A DNA stretch of 64,000 nucleotides from Gemmatimonadales bacterium (lineage in GTDB: Bacteria > Gemmatimonadota > Gemmatimonadetes > Gemmatimonadales > GWC2-71-9), in the NCBI GenBank assembly GCA_041613315.1, contig JBFJHJ010000001.1, positions 74,152-138,151 on the forward strand, read 5' to 3'. Position numbers and translations under genes: made by a program. Below are positions 12,059-22,458 of this stretch, in pieces. Within the stretch, counting starts at the first letter, position 1; each line of letters starts with the position of its first letter. The notes beneath the pieces were generated by a model, which was not told the origin of the DNA, made no database searches, and worked only from the letters and a program-made list of their open reading frames with translations.

Positions 12059-12081
12059 GCGAGGCCGACGCCCCGGACGGC

Positions 12082-12381
12082 TCACCCCACCCGCCACAGA
12101 ATCCGCTGAATCTTCTTCCCCTTCTGCCCGAGCTTGCGGAGGATCTCGCCCGACATCAGCTGCAGCTCGGTCGCCCACGCCGCCGACTTGACCCGCACCA
12201 CGAGCACGCCCCCCTCCAGCACGACCTCCGGCGTCGTGACCTCCGCGATCGCCGGCCCTACCAGCTCGGCCCACTCGGGAATCACGCTCGCCTGATCGAG
12301 CCGCCGCGCCAGCCCCGTCCGTTTGACGTACGCCTCGAGCGCCTCGCTCAGCGGCGTCGCGGCCGGCTTACGCTTCCGCAA
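12082..12381 (-). CDS. dciA: DUF721/DciA family protein
   Basis: 'W.ELVGPAIAEVT.P...GVLVVRVKSAAWATEL' pattern; immediately downstream of recF. Confidence 0.85.
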   Translation of the reverse strand: MRKRKPAATPLSEALEAYVKRTGLARRLDQASVIPEWAELVGPAIAEVTTPEVVLEGGVLVVRVKSAAWATELQLMSGEILRKLGQKGKKIQRILWRVG

Positions 12382-13468
12382 GCGCGCCGTCCCGCATCTG
12401 CCACCGCGGCCGGTCGAGGAGCGCGGCGGGGACCTCGGCGTCGCGCGGTGCCGCGATGACCGCCTGGCCGGGAAGCGTTTCGCGAATCAAGTCCAGCAAG
12501 CGCTCCTGCCGCCCCCGATCCAGCTCGGCAAAGACATCGTCGTAGAGCGCCATCGGCGCTTCCCCCCGCGCGCGGGTCAGGGTCTCGGCCTCGAGGAGCC
12601 GGAGCGCGATCGCCGCGGTCCGTTGCTGGCCGGCCGAGCCGAACGTTCGCAGATCGCGGCCGCCGAGCGTCAGCTCGAGGTCGTCGCGGTGCGGCCCCAC
12701 GGTGGTCATGCCGCGGCGCAGGTCTCGGTCCATCGCGCCGTCCAGCGCGCTCCGCAGGTCGGCCGCCGACTCTCCCGGATGGTGATGCTTGGGCCGATAC
12801 GCGACGGCGGGGTCCGCCGCCTCTCCGAGCGTGCGACACAGCGCCGCGTAGCGGGCGTGCCAGCAGGCCGTCCAGCGGTCCCGGATGCGCGCCACGTCGG
12901 TCGCCGCCGCCGTGAACGGCTGGTCGAAGGCCCGGGCGTCCGGCGCGCGTCCGCGGCGGAGGGCCGCGTTCCGTTGGCGCAACGCGTTCCGCATCGCCGT
13001 GAGGCTCGCGAGGTAGCCCGGCTCGCTCAGGGACAGCAGCACGTCCAAGTACCGCCGACGTCCGGCGGGGCCGCCACCGACGATCGCCCGATCGGCGGGC
13101 GAGAACACCACTGCCGTCACGGCGCCGACGGCCTCGGCCAGCTTCTTCGCCTCGCTGCCGTCCACGCTCACCTTCTTGCGTCGCCCCTGGATCTCGTATC
13201 CCGCCATCACGCGCCGCCCGTTGCCGCCCCTCACGAAGAATCCCGCCTCACCGAACCGCACCAGTTCCCGGTCCTTCGCGCCGCGGAAGGAGCGGAACAG
13301 CACGAGGTAGTAGATCGCTTCGAGGAAGTTCGTCTTTCCGTGACCGTTCTCGCCCACGATCACGACGCCCTCGGGCGGGAGTTCCACGTCGAGCGAGGCG
13401 AGGTTGCGGAAGTTGCGAATCCTGAGCGAGGAGAGATGCACCGCGAATCGTTGTCCGGGGTCCGTCAT
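12368..13468 (-). CDS. recF: DNA replication/repair protein RecF (start may be GTG 13441)
   Basis: RNFRN, Walker A GENGHGKTN, SFR, GPHRDDL, GSAGQQR, DDVFAELD. Confidence 0.95.
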   Translation of the reverse strand: MTDPGQRFAVHLSSLRIRNFRNLASLDVELPPEGVVIVGENGHGKTNFLEAIYYLVLFRSFRGAKDRELVRFGEAGFFVRGGNGRRVMAGYEIQGRRKKVSVDGSEAKKLAEAVGAVTAVVFSPADRAIVGGGPAGRRRYLDVLLSLSEPGYLASLTAMRNALRQRNAALRRGRAPDARAFDQPFTAAATDVARIRDRWTACWHARYAALCRTLGEAADPAVAYRPKHHHPGESAADLRSALDGAMDRDLRRGMTTVGPHRDDLELTLGGRDLRTFGSAGQQRTAAIALRLLEAETLTRARGEAPMALYDDVFAELDRGRQERLLDLIRETLPGQAVIAAPRDAEVPAALLDRPRWQMRDGALAEA

Positions 13469-13484
13469 CCGTCAGGCCCGACCG

Positions 13485-13958
13485 TTACACGGGAACGACG
13501 GGGCGCGCACGAGTCTCCAGGTTGAGAAGTTCCCGCTTCATGGCCAGGCCCCCGCCATAGCCCCCGAGCTTGCCGCCCGCCGCGACCACGCGGTGGCACG
13601 GCACGACGAGGGGAATCGGGTTGCGGTGGTTGGCCATGCCGACGGCGCGAGCGGCGCCGGGGCGTCCGATCTTGCGCGCGATCTCACCGTAGGTGGCGGT
13701 TTCGCCGTACGGGATCGCGAGAAGCGCACTCCACACGCGCATGTCGAACGGTGTGCCGTGGAGGGTGATCGGGAACGTGAAATCGCACCTCCGCCCTCGC
13801 ACGTACTCGCCGAGCTCGCGTGCCACGCGGCGCTCGAGCGTGGATGCGGGGTCGCGCGCGCCCTCGCACTTGAGCGCGATGCGGCTGACGGCGTCTCCGG
13901 CCGTGGTCACGGCCAGCGGGCCCAGGGGGGTGCGGACGGTGAATGCGTGGTCGCTCAT
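13485..13958 (-). CDS. ogt: methylated-DNA--protein-cysteine methyltransferase
   Basis: GTPF..VW..L..IPYGET.TYG, RAVG.AN..NP, active-site PCHRV. Confidence 0.92.
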   Translation of the reverse strand: MSDHAFTVRTPLGPLAVTTAGDAVSRIALKCEGARDPASTLERRVARELGEYVRGRRCDFTFPITLHGTPFDMRVWSALLAIPYGETATYGEIARKIGRPGAARAVGMANHRNPIPLVVPCHRVVAAGGKLGGYGGGLAMKRELLNLETRARPVVPV

Positions 13959-14132
13959 GGTGAAACGTCCTCGTGACGCGCGTCGTGCGGTGATGCGACG
14001 TTCCTCCCGGCCTCTTGCCCGACGACCCAATCTATCGCCCCGGAGCCGTCTCGGCTTGTCCGTCCGGGCTGGCCGCGCGGGTGGGCGGCGTGCACGTTGC
14101 ATACCGACCTCCCGGACGAGGCGAGGCTGCCC

Positions 14133-15182
14133 GTGACCCAGCCGTCCCCATCACCCCAGACGATCTTCGAGACGCTCACCGCCTATCAGAAGAGCGCGGC
14201 ACTCGCCGGCGCGATCACCCTCGATCTGTTTACCGCGATCGCCGCCGGCGCCACCAGCATCGAGGCCCTGGCGAAGCGCTGTGGAGTGAGCGACCGGGGT
14301 ATCCGGAGCCTGTGCGATTACCTCGTGGCGACTGGGTTCCTCGAAAAGCGTGGCCGCCTGTACGGGCTGACGGCGGGCGCCGCAGCATACCTGGACCGCG
14401 CGTCCGACGGCTATGTCGGTGACGCCGTGGAGTTCCTCCACTCCAGCGAACTGCAGGGCGCGTTCGCCGACGTCCCGGGCGCCGTTCGCCGGGGCGGGAC
14501 GGTCCTCGAGCAAGATGCGTTCACCGGACCGGACCACCCGGCGTGGGCCGCGTTCGCCAGGGCGATGGCCCCGATGGCGACGGTCCTGGCCCAGCAGCTG
14601 GTGGCGTTCATCGTGGGCGAGGGGTGGACGCCCGGACGCGTGCTCGACGTCTCGGCCGGTCACGGCCGCTACGGCATCGCCCTCGCCACGCACTGGCCGG
14701 AGACGTCGGTCGCCTTTCAGGACTGGCCGACGGTGCTGGCGGTGGCGGCGGAACAGGCACGGGCCGCCGGCCTGGAAGGTCGCTACACCCTGCTGCCCGG
14801 CAGTGCTTTCGAGGTGGACTTGGGAGGGCCCTACGATACGGTGCTACTCCCCAACTTCCTGCACCACTTCGACCGGGCGGCGTGCACCGCGCTGCTCCGG
14901 CGGCTGCGTGCGGTGCTGGCGCCCGGAGGCCGGATCGTCGCGATCGAGGCCGTGGTGGATGCCGACCGGGTCTCGCCCGCTCCGGCTGCGGCGTTCGGCC
15001 TCGTGATGCTCGTGACCACGCCCGGCGGCGACGTATACACTCGGACCGAGCTCGAAGCGATGTTCCACGACGCGGGGTTCGACCGGACGGTTTTCCGGCC
15101 GTTCGGAGAGGCGCACCAACAGGTGATCGTGTCAACTCTGAGCAACGCCCATCGGTCGGCGATAGAGCCGGATCTTCGATAG
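14133..15182 (+). CDS. class I SAM-dependent O-methyltransferase with dimerisation domain
   Basis: N-terminal winged-helix region, LDVSAGHG, QDWP, GSAF, NFLHHF; GTG start (alternative 14097). Confidence 0.82.
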   Translation: MTQPSPSPQTIFETLTAYQKSAALAGAITLDLFTAIAAGATSIEALAKRCGVSDRGIRSLCDYLVATGFLEKRGRLYGLTAGAAAYLDRASDGYVGDAVEFLHSSELQGAFADVPGAVRRGGTVLEQDAFTGPDHPAWAAFARAMAPMATVLAQQLVAFIVGEGWTPGRVLDVSAGHGRYGIALATHWPETSVAFQDWPTVLAVAAEQARAAGLEGRYTLLPGSAFEVDLGGPYDTVLLPNFLHHFDRAACTALLRRLRAVLAPGGRIVAIEAVVDADRVSPAPAAAFGLVMLVTTPGGDVYTRTELEAMFHDAGFDRTVFRPFGEAHQQVIVSTLSNAHRSAIEPDLR

Positions 15183-15456
15183 CGAGAGAGCGGGCAACCC
15201 GATACCGCCGTCCTACGTGTCCCCTCAATTCGGATGCGCCCGCCGGTGCCTCCGCGCCGCGCGCTAGCCGTCGGCGGCCGAGACCGGAAGGGGTAGCCAC
15301 CCCCCCTCTAGCGCGCGAGTCTGCCGCCCCACAGCTTCGTGCCCGTCCCCCCAGCAGGAGCCGCAGCTACGCGGTCGGGTTCCCCTGGTTGCCGCAATCG
15401 CGCGTGGCCCTGCCCCGCACGTCTCTCAGCGCCCCCCACAGAGAAAGAGGTGGCCT

Positions 15457-16164
15457 ATGCCTCGACGCCTGTCGCCTACGCTGACCATTGTAGGCGTCGC
15501 AATGCTCGTGGTCTCGTGCGCGCCAGGTCCAGACGAGCGCGCGGCAGATCGCCGGGAATGGCCGTCGCTACCCGAACCCGTCGTCACGCATCCCCCATCG
15601 GAGGCCGGAGCCGCGCAGCGCGTCGAGCATGGTGAGCGAATCGCCGATGTCGACGAGGCGAGGCGGCGGTTGCACGCGCAGCACCACCCGCACGGTGTGC
15701 TGGAGACCCGCAGGCTCCCCGGCGTGTTTCAGCGGCCCTCTATGACGAAGGTCAAGGACTTCGCCCTCTCCAAGTCCGACCTCGTGGTCATCAATCCCGG
15801 GCCCGGCGAATACGTGCACGTGATGGAGGGCCAGCGGCATGGCTACCAGAATCTGACCATTGGGATCACGTACACGGCTCCCGGCGGGGCGCCACCGATG
15901 CATACGCACCGGGGCGAGGAGGCCCACGTCCTGTTGGAGGGGACCATCCTCTACGCGCTCGGCGACTCGATCTTCACCATGGAAGCGCCCTATGTCGTCA
16001 ATATTCCCCCGATGATGCCCCACTCGTTCAAGAACCTGGGCGACCACGTGGCGGAGCTCGTCGTGGTCTTCCCTACGAACGTGTGGGAGTATGACGTGCT
16101 GGATTACTTCCCGTTTGCGAAGCTGGACAGTGCCAAGGCTCCGAGACGAGAGCGCGGCAGGTGA
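15457..16164 (+). CDS. cupin domain protein, putative lipoprotein
   Basis: PPMHTHRGEE and IPPMMPHSF cupin motifs; N-terminal hydrophobic stretch ending LVVS|C; GAGGTG SD. Confidence 0.75.
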   Translation: MPRRLSPTLTIVGVAMLVVSCAPGPDERAADRREWPSLPEPVVTHPPSEAGAAQRVEHGERIADVDEARRRLHAQHHPHGVLETRRLPGVFQRPSMTKVKDFALSKSDLVVINPGPGEYVHVMEGQRHGYQNLTIGITYTAPGGAPPMHTHRGEEAHVLLEGTILYALGDSIFTMEAPYVVNIPPMMPHSFKNLGDHVAELVVVFPTNVWEYDVLDYFPFAKLDSAKAPRRERGR

Positions 16165-16360
16165 CGGATGGCTGCTCGGCGGCCGGTTCCGGGCGGGGAC
16201 CACCGCTTGTGCGATCGCTGATCTACGTAAGCGCTTGTTGCGCAATGCGTTACGTGATCGTTCACCACCGATGTCGGACGCGTCACAGCGGTACCCCCGA
16301 CTGGGGGTACCTTAAACCTTGGGGAGGCATGCCCTTTCCCCCGGAGCGGAGCGGGGCGAC

Positions 16361-17992
16361 GTGTCCGACATCTCGACCCTCAAAGAGCACGCGCGGACCC
16401 TGGAGCGCCAAGGCGACGTCGAGAAGGCGCTGGTGATCTACCGACGTCTCCTCGACGATCTCGAGGGGACGCCCGCGTTTGAGAGTGAGCTTCCCCTGCT
16501 GGTGAAAGTCGGCGATCTCCAGCTCAAGCGTGGAGAATCCCAGACCGCTATCGCGATGTACGAGCGCGCCGCCGAGCACTACGCGGGACAGGGGTCGCAG
16601 CAGGCGGTGCTCTCCCTCGGCGCCAAGATCCTGCGGATCGCGCCGGAGCGGGTGTCGGCCTATCTCCCACCGTGCAAGCGCCTCCTCGAAGAGGGCCACG
16701 TCCAGGCGGCCCGCGCGGTGCTCGAGAGCTACGCCGAGAACGCCGGGCTCCGCGAGATCGCCGACATGCTGCACGGCCTTGAGGGCCGTCCCGACGACGC
16801 CGTGAGCGCCGCCCTGGGGGATATCATTGCCGCGCGTCTGCGGGCACGAGCGAACGCCCCGGCGGCGGCCACCGAACCTGAGCGACCGAAGGCCCCCGAG
16901 GCCGCCCCGGCCTACGACCGGTTTCCGGGGGCGGGCGACGACGACTTCGAGCCCGTGATCATCGAACACACGACGCCGCCCCCATCGGCGAAGGACCCGC
17001 CGCCGCCACCGAAGCCGCGGCCCGCCCCACCGGCGCGTGAACCCGTGGCGCCCGCGGCCCCCATCACGGACGCATCCGACGGGCCATTCACCCAGCACAT
17101 GATCTCGCTCGACGAACCGGCGCCCGCTCCGGCTCCCCCGCCCGCCCCGGTTCCGGAGGCCGAACCGATCGACGTCGTGACCCCGATGGACGTGGTCGTC
17201 CCCGACAAGTCCGCCGTCCCGCCGGCGTTCGCGGCCCCGACCGAGTCGCGCCCGCGCTCGCCCGTCCCGGCGCCGCCGTCGCCACCCCCAAGGCCTCCGC
17301 GCGCGTCGGTCGTACCGACCGGGCATGAGGCGCCGGCTCCGGCGCCCCGTCCCACGCGGGTACGGCGGTCGCGCGTGAAGCTCCGACGGGTGTTCGAACA
17401 CAAGAGGGGTCCGGCGTTCGTGAAGTGGGCGGCGGCGGCGGCGTTGACGATCGTGGTCGTCGGGGGCGTGGGGCTGATGATTGCGGGCGTGATCATCTCC
17501 GATGCCGAAACCCCCGAGCCCGCCGCTCCGGCCCCGGTTCGCCGCGCCCCGGCCCGCGCGGTGCCCCAACTCCCGCCTCCAGCTGAGGTGCTGATCCCGC
17601 AGGTCCTTCCCGATCTCCGGTCGACGGTCACGCCGCCGCTGCCGCCACTCGATGTCGCCCCGTCGGCCGCCGATTCGGCGCCGCCCGACAATATGCGCGG
17701 CGTCGTGCTCGTGCAGGGACTTCCCGTCGCGAGCGTCGCCATGTTTTCGATCGGCGGTCGGCCAGCGTATCGCATCATGCAGCTCCTGCGCTCCGGCGAC
17801 AGCCTCACGCTCACGTTGACGCCGATGTCGTCCGACTCGGTGGGCCCCGACAATCCCCGCGTCACGACGCTGAGCGGGGGCTTCGTCGTGGGCACGGTGG
17901 GGGTGGGCGACTATCTCGTGACGGCCCAAGCGCGCGTGGCGGCCGACGTCATGACGCAGCTCCTCGGGCGGCTGGGGCCCCCGTCCCGCTAA
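16361..17992 (+). CDS. hypothetical bitopic membrane protein: TPR-like N-terminus, Pro-rich linker, TM, small C-terminal domain
   Basis: Helical repeats (ARTLERQGDVEKALVIYRRL; VGDLQLKRGESQTAIAMYERAA), long P/A-rich region, TM WAAAAALTIVVVGGVGLMIAGVII. Confidence 0.65.
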   Translation: MSDISTLKEHARTLERQGDVEKALVIYRRLLDDLEGTPAFESELPLLVKVGDLQLKRGESQTAIAMYERAAEHYAGQGSQQAVLSLGAKILRIAPERVSAYLPPCKRLLEEGHVQAARAVLESYAENAGLREIADMLHGLEGRPDDAVSAALGDIIAARLRARANAPAAATEPERPKAPEAAPAYDRFPGAGDDDFEPVIIEHTTPPPSAKDPPPPPKPRPAPPAREPVAPAAPITDASDGPFTQHMISLDEPAPAPAPPPAPVPEAEPIDVVTPMDVVVPDKSAVPPAFAAPTESRPRSPVPAPPSPPPRPPRASVVPTGHEAPAPAPRPTRVRRSRVKLRRVFEHKRGPAFVKWAAAAALTIVVVGGVGLMIAGVIISDAETPEPAAPAPVRRAPARAVPQLPPPAEVLIPQVLPDLRSTVTPPLPPLDVAPSAADSAPPDNMRGVVLVQGLPVASVAMFSIGGRPAYRIMQLLRSGDSLTLTLTPMSSDSVGPDNPRVTTLSGGFVVGTVGVGDYLVTAQARVAADVMTQLLGRLGPPSR

Positions 17993-18072
17993 CCGCGCCA
18001 CCTTGCGGGCGCGTCGCGCGCCCGTGCATCATCGGCAGGTCCGCGATCACTTGCGAAACGGTCCTCCGTCCC

Positions 18073-18438
18073 ATGCCGATACTCATCGAAGCGCCCACCC
18101 GGGTCCGAGCCGCCGGCGAGCCGCCCAAGCACATCGATGAATACGTGGGCCGAGCGAAATCCGGCCACGACAGTGTGAGCGTCGCGCACATGCGGGCCCC
18201 CGCCGGCTGGGCGGAGCCCGGTCAACGGCCGGAGTTCGAGGAGATCACCGTGGTCCTCCGTGGGACCGTCCGGGTCGAGCACCAGGGCGGCACGCTGGAC
18301 GTCCGAACGGGGCAGGCGGTGGTGGCGCGGCCGGGCGAGTGGGTACGCTACTCGACGCCGGGCCCGGAAGGAGCGGAGTACGTCGCCGTGTGTGTTCCGG
18401 CCTTCTCACTCGAGACCGCGCACCGCGATCCGGAGTAG
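18073..18438 (+). CDS. cupin domain protein (EutQ-like)
   Basis: PKHIDEYVGR, GWAEPGQRPEFEE, GEWVRYSTP, CVPAFS. Confidence 0.8.
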   Translation: MPILIEAPTRVRAAGEPPKHIDEYVGRAKSGHDSVSVAHMRAPAGWAEPGQRPEFEEITVVLRGTVRVEHQGGTLDVRTGQAVVARPGEWVRYSTPGPEGAEYVAVCVPAFSLETAHRDPE

Positions 18439-18512
18439 CCGCCTCGCCATCGGCTGTCCCATCCCGTCAGCACGGGTCCGAACGGCATGAGGCGGCCGAC
18501 TTCACCCGACCC

Positions 18513-19649
18513 CTACCGCCGGAACAGCGCGGGGTTGACCCGAACGATCCGGTCGTCACCCTGCGTGGCGGGGCCGCGCGCGTCACGGTTGCTCGTTGTG
18601 AAGTAGAGCATCCCGTCAGGCCCGACGGTGACGGCACGGATCCGCCCGAAGTCGCCGTAGAAGTGCGCGATGAGCGCCGCCACCTCGTCGTCCTCCAGCC
18701 GCGCTTCGTACAGCGCCGCGCCCCTCAGGCCGCCGAAGAAGAGGCTGCCGTCGCGGTACGCGACACCGGCCGGCGCCCACGTGTAGTCGGGGCCCGAATG
18801 CATGAGGGGCGCCGCCATCCCATCGCGTGTCCGGTCGCCCTGCATCACCGGCCAGCCGTAGTTCCGGCCCGGTTCGATCCGGTTGATTTCGTCCAAGCCG
18901 CTTTCGAGCCCCGACCGACCGTGCTCCGTGCTCCACAGCCGGCCCCCGTCGTCCCAGGCCAGGCCCTGGGCGTTGCGGTGACCCCAGGAATAGACGTGCG
19001 TGCCGAACGGGTTATCGAGCGGGATCTCGCCGCCCGCGGTGACGCGGAGGATCTTGCCGGCGAGCGACGTGCGGTCTTGCGCGAGGGCACCGTCGGTCGC
19101 GTCGCCGGTGGTGATGTAGAGCAGCCCATCGGGGCCGAAGGCGAGGCCGCAGCCGTCGTGGAACTGGGCAGCGGGAATGCGGTCAAGGATCACGGCACGC
19201 TCGGTGATGCCCGCGCCCGTCCAGCGATACCGCTCCACCCTGTTCTCGAGCCCGGACGCGCCGTCGGCGGTGAGGCAGAGATACAACCGCTGGTTCGCGG
19301 CGAAGTCGGGGTCGAGCGCCATCCCCATGAGCCCTCCCTCGCCGACGTGTCGCACGCCGGGGACCTCGAGCGTCCGCCGCACGCTGCCCAGGTGAACCAG
19401 TCGGCCGCGACGCTCCGTCACGAGGAGGCTCCCGTCCGGAAGCACTGCGAGCTGCCACGGGATCTCGAGATTCTCGGCGATGATTCGCACGTCCCCCGGC
19501 GCCGTGTCTGCGAGCGACAGCCCGGTCAGTGGCACGGGCGGCGTCTGCTGCCCAAAGATGAACACGCGAAACAGCCGATCGCGCAGCACATAGGCCACGA
19601 GCACGACGACGGCGACGGCGAGCACGATGCGAAGCGGGCGAATCTTCAT
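18513..19649 (-). CDS. PQQ-dependent sugar (glucose/sorbosone) dehydrogenase family
   Basis: LEIPW, LVTER.G, GEGGLMG, FGPDG.LY, GKILR, GHRNAQGLAW, GRIRAV; N-terminal TM; real start MKIRP inside the long ORF. Confidence 0.88.
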   Translation of the reverse strand: MKIRPLRIVLAVAVVVLVAYVLRDRLFRVFIFGQQTPPVPLTGLSLADTAPGDVRIIAENLEIPWQLAVLPDGSLLVTERRGRLVHLGSVRRTLEVPGVRHVGEGGLMGMALDPDFAANQRLYLCLTADGASGLENRVERYRWTGAGITERAVILDRIPAAQFHDGCGLAFGPDGLLYITTGDATDGALAQDRTSLAGKILRVTAGGEIPLDNPFGTHVYSWGHRNAQGLAWDDGGRLWSTEHGRSGLESGLDEINRIEPGRNYGWPVMQGDRTRDGMAAPLMHSGPDYTWAPAGVAYRDGSLFFGGLRGAALYEARLEDDEVAALIAHFYGDFGRIRAVTVGPDGMLYFTTSNRDARGPATQGDDRIVRVNPALFRR

Positions 19650-19874
19650 GGGCGTTCCTCGTGGGCACGATGCGGACGACGCGTGAGAGGGTAAGGTCGG
19701 TCGGCGAACGGCCTCGTGCCAGTTCGCGCGGCCGGGGTAGCCATGGCGCAGCCGCGGGCGCAGCTTAGATCCTCGACGGTGGCCGCCCCACGCGGTCCGG
19801 CGTCGCCGGCAAACCGTACCAGCGAATCGGCATCCATGTCCGCCAACGGCGTCGACCCACTCCAGAGAGGACGC

Positions 19875-21341
19875 ATGACGACCACACGTCATGTCTTGAT
19901 GGTCGTGTTTCTGGTCGCCGCCACGGCATGCGAGACCGCGGCCCCGTATGACGTCGTCCTTCTGGGTGGGCGTGTCATGGATCCCGAGTCGAGCCTCGAC
20001 GCGGTGCGGAATGTCGGCGTGCGGGATGGTCGCGTGGCCGAGATCACCGAGGGGACCGTCGTCGGCCGCGACACGGTCGTTGCGGCGGGGCTCGTCGTCG
20101 CCCCGGGGTTCATCGATCTCCACGCCCACGGCCAGGATTCCGTGGGCAGCCGGCTCCAGGCATTGGACGGCGTTACGATGGCGCTCGAGCTCGAGATCGG
20201 CGTCTACCCGGTGGCCGCCTGGTACCGTTCGAAGGAAGGGCGCGCCGTCATCCACTACGGTGCGACGGTGAGCCACCTCGGGGCCCGCGTCGCGCTGATG
20301 CACGGGCGCGACGTGGGCCACTGGCCCACGAACCCGGAGGCCGCGCCACGCCTGGGCCCGAACCCCCGCGGGCTCTACGGCAAGGCCACCCCGCCCGAGG
20401 TGGACGGGCTCGCCGAGCTGATCGCCCGCGGTCTCGGTGAAGGGGCGCTTGGGGTGGGCTTCGGGATCAACTACACCCCGGGCGCCGCGCCCGATGAGAT
20501 CGAGCGGCTGTTCCAGGTGGCGCAGGAGCGGGGCCGCCCGGTCTTCGTGCACACGCGAACGTTCGGTCTCGACGCGATACGGGAAGCGATTGCGGCCGCG
20601 GAGAAGACCGGCGCCGCGTTGCACATCGTGCACATCGGGAGCAGCGCGAACCGCAGCGTGCCCGCGGCGCTCGAGCTGATCCGCGCAGCCCGCGCGCGCG
20701 GCGTGGACGTCACGACGGAGGTGTATCCCTACACTGCGGCGTCCACCCGCATCGAATCGGCGATCTTCGACGCGGGTTGGCGACAGACCCTGAACATCGA
20801 CTACGGGCATCTCGAGTGGCCGGCGACGGGCGAACGCCTGACCGCAACGAGCTTCGCTCGCCATCGCCGCGACGGCGGGTGGGTCATCATCCACATGATG
20901 GCGCCGGAGATGGTCGCCCTGGCGGTCGCGGCGCCGGACGTTCTCATCTCGAGCGACGGCGTCCCGTTCGTGAATGGGACCGGTCACCCCCGAGGTGCGG
21001 GTACCTTTGCCCGCGTGCTGGGACGCTACGTGCGGGAGCAGGGCGCCCTCTCGCTGATGGAGGCGCTTCGCAAGATCACGTTGCTCCCCGCGTTGCGGCT
21101 CGAAGCGGCGGTGCCCGCGATGCGGAACAAGGGCCGCCTGCGGGTGGACGCCGACGCCGACATCACGCTGTTCGATCCCCAGCGCGTGATCGACCGCGCG
21201 ACGTTCCGGGCGCCCACGCAACCCTCGGCCGGAATCGCGCACGTACTCGTCGGCGGTGTCTTCGTGGTCCGCGACTCAGCGCTCGTGGACGGCGTGACGC
21301 CGGGTCGAGGGGTCCGCGCGGGGGTGGGGGGAGCGCCGTGA
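19875..21341 (+). CDS. amidohydrolase family protein (D-aminoacylase-like), putative lipoprotein
   Basis: PGFIDLHAH, EVYPYTA, SSDG...HPRGAGTF, KGRL...DAD; signal ending ATA|C. Confidence 0.85.
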   Translation: MTTTRHVLMVVFLVAATACETAAPYDVVLLGGRVMDPESSLDAVRNVGVRDGRVAEITEGTVVGRDTVVAAGLVVAPGFIDLHAHGQDSVGSRLQALDGVTMALELEIGVYPVAAWYRSKEGRAVIHYGATVSHLGARVALMHGRDVGHWPTNPEAAPRLGPNPRGLYGKATPPEVDGLAELIARGLGEGALGVGFGINYTPGAAPDEIERLFQVAQERGRPVFVHTRTFGLDAIREAIAAAEKTGAALHIVHIGSSANRSVPAALELIRAARARGVDVTTEVYPYTAASTRIESAIFDAGWRQTLNIDYGHLEWPATGERLTATSFARHRRDGGWVIIHMMAPEMVALAVAAPDVLISSDGVPFVNGTGHPRGAGTFARVLGRYVREQGALSLMEALRKITLLPALRLEAAVPAMRNKGRLRVDADADITLFDPQRVIDRATFRAPTQPSAGIAHVLVGGVFVVRDSALVDGVTPGRGVRAGVGGAP

Positions 21342-21442
21342 CGGCGATGGGGCGGGCATGGCCGAGCGGTATCCTGCGCGGTTGGGGCGCGTTCTGACGT
21401 GGGGGTCGTGTTGCAGACGATGCCCGCCCGCCTTCCCGGCTC

Positions 21443-22438
21443 GTGAGTGCACCCGAGCCAGGTGACGAACGTGCGCGCCTCGCGGCGCTGCGGCGCTACG
21501 AGGTGCTCGACACGTTGCCCGAACAGGCGTACGACGACATCACGTACGTTGCCTCGCTGATCGCGGGTACGCCCATCGCGCTCGTCAGCCTGATCGACCG
21601 TGACCGGCAGTGGTTCAAATCGAGGGTCGGCCTCGCGGTGCCCGAGACGTCTCGGGATCTCGCATTCTGCGCGCACGCGATCATGGAGCCGGACGATCTG
21701 TTCGTCGTCCCTGACGCCCGGCGCGACGAGCGTTTCGCCAACAACCCCTGGTGACGGCGGACCCCCAGATCCGCTTCTACGCGGGTGCGCCACTGGTAAC
21801 GTCCGACGGGGCGGCCTTGGGGACGCTGTGCGTCATCGACCGCGTGCCGCGCGAGCTGACCGCCGATCAACAAGAAGCGCTGCGCGCACTCTCTCGGCAG
21901 GTGATGGCGCAGCTGGAACTGCGGCGCACGCTGGCCGAGCTCAGGCGTCAGAGCACGACCGACAGTTTGACCGGGACGATGAACCGGCGGGCGTTCGAGA
22001 CGCGGCTGGACGAGGAGTACGATCGCGCGGTCCGGTACCGGTCTCCGCTCTCGCTGGCGCTGCTGGATGTCGACGACTTCAAGGCGTACAACGACAGCTT
22101 CGGGCATCCCGAGGGCGACGAGGTGCTTCGGACGCTGGCTCGGGTCATGACGGAGCAGTGCCGGTCGAGCGACCTGATCGCACGCTACGGCGGTGAGGAG
22201 TTCGTCGTGATCCTCCCCAACACGGCTCGTGATGACGCGCTCGTGCTGGCGGAACGCTATCGCCGGGCCATCGAGCAGCACGGTTGGGAACGGCGCGCCA
22301 TCACGATCAGCCTTGGCGTCTCGACGTTCCCCGACACCGCGCGCGTGCGCCGAGCTCATCGCTCAGGCGGACGCGGCGCTGTACGGCTCCAAGCAAGGCG
22401 GGCGCAATCGCGTGATGCACGCGAAGGACCTGGCCTAA
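21443..22438 (+). pseudogene. GAF-GGDEF diguanylate cyclase broken by two frameshifts (or sequencing errors)
   Basis: Segment 1 GAF ([25 protein letters not shown]); segment 2 IRFYAGAPL, DSLTG..NRR, RYGGEEF; segment 3 ADAALYGSKQGGRNRV; shifts at about 21745-21750 and 22338-22350. Confidence 0.85.
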
Positions 22439-22458
22439 GGTGAACAAGAGGTCGTGCC

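Noticed and set aside
19650..21242. Upstream 531 codons of the 909-aa minus-strand ORF, suggesting a large fusion with the PQQ dehydrogenase
   Set aside because: Antisense shadow of the plus-strand amidohydrolase; the real protein starts at MKIRP (19649) with its own SD.
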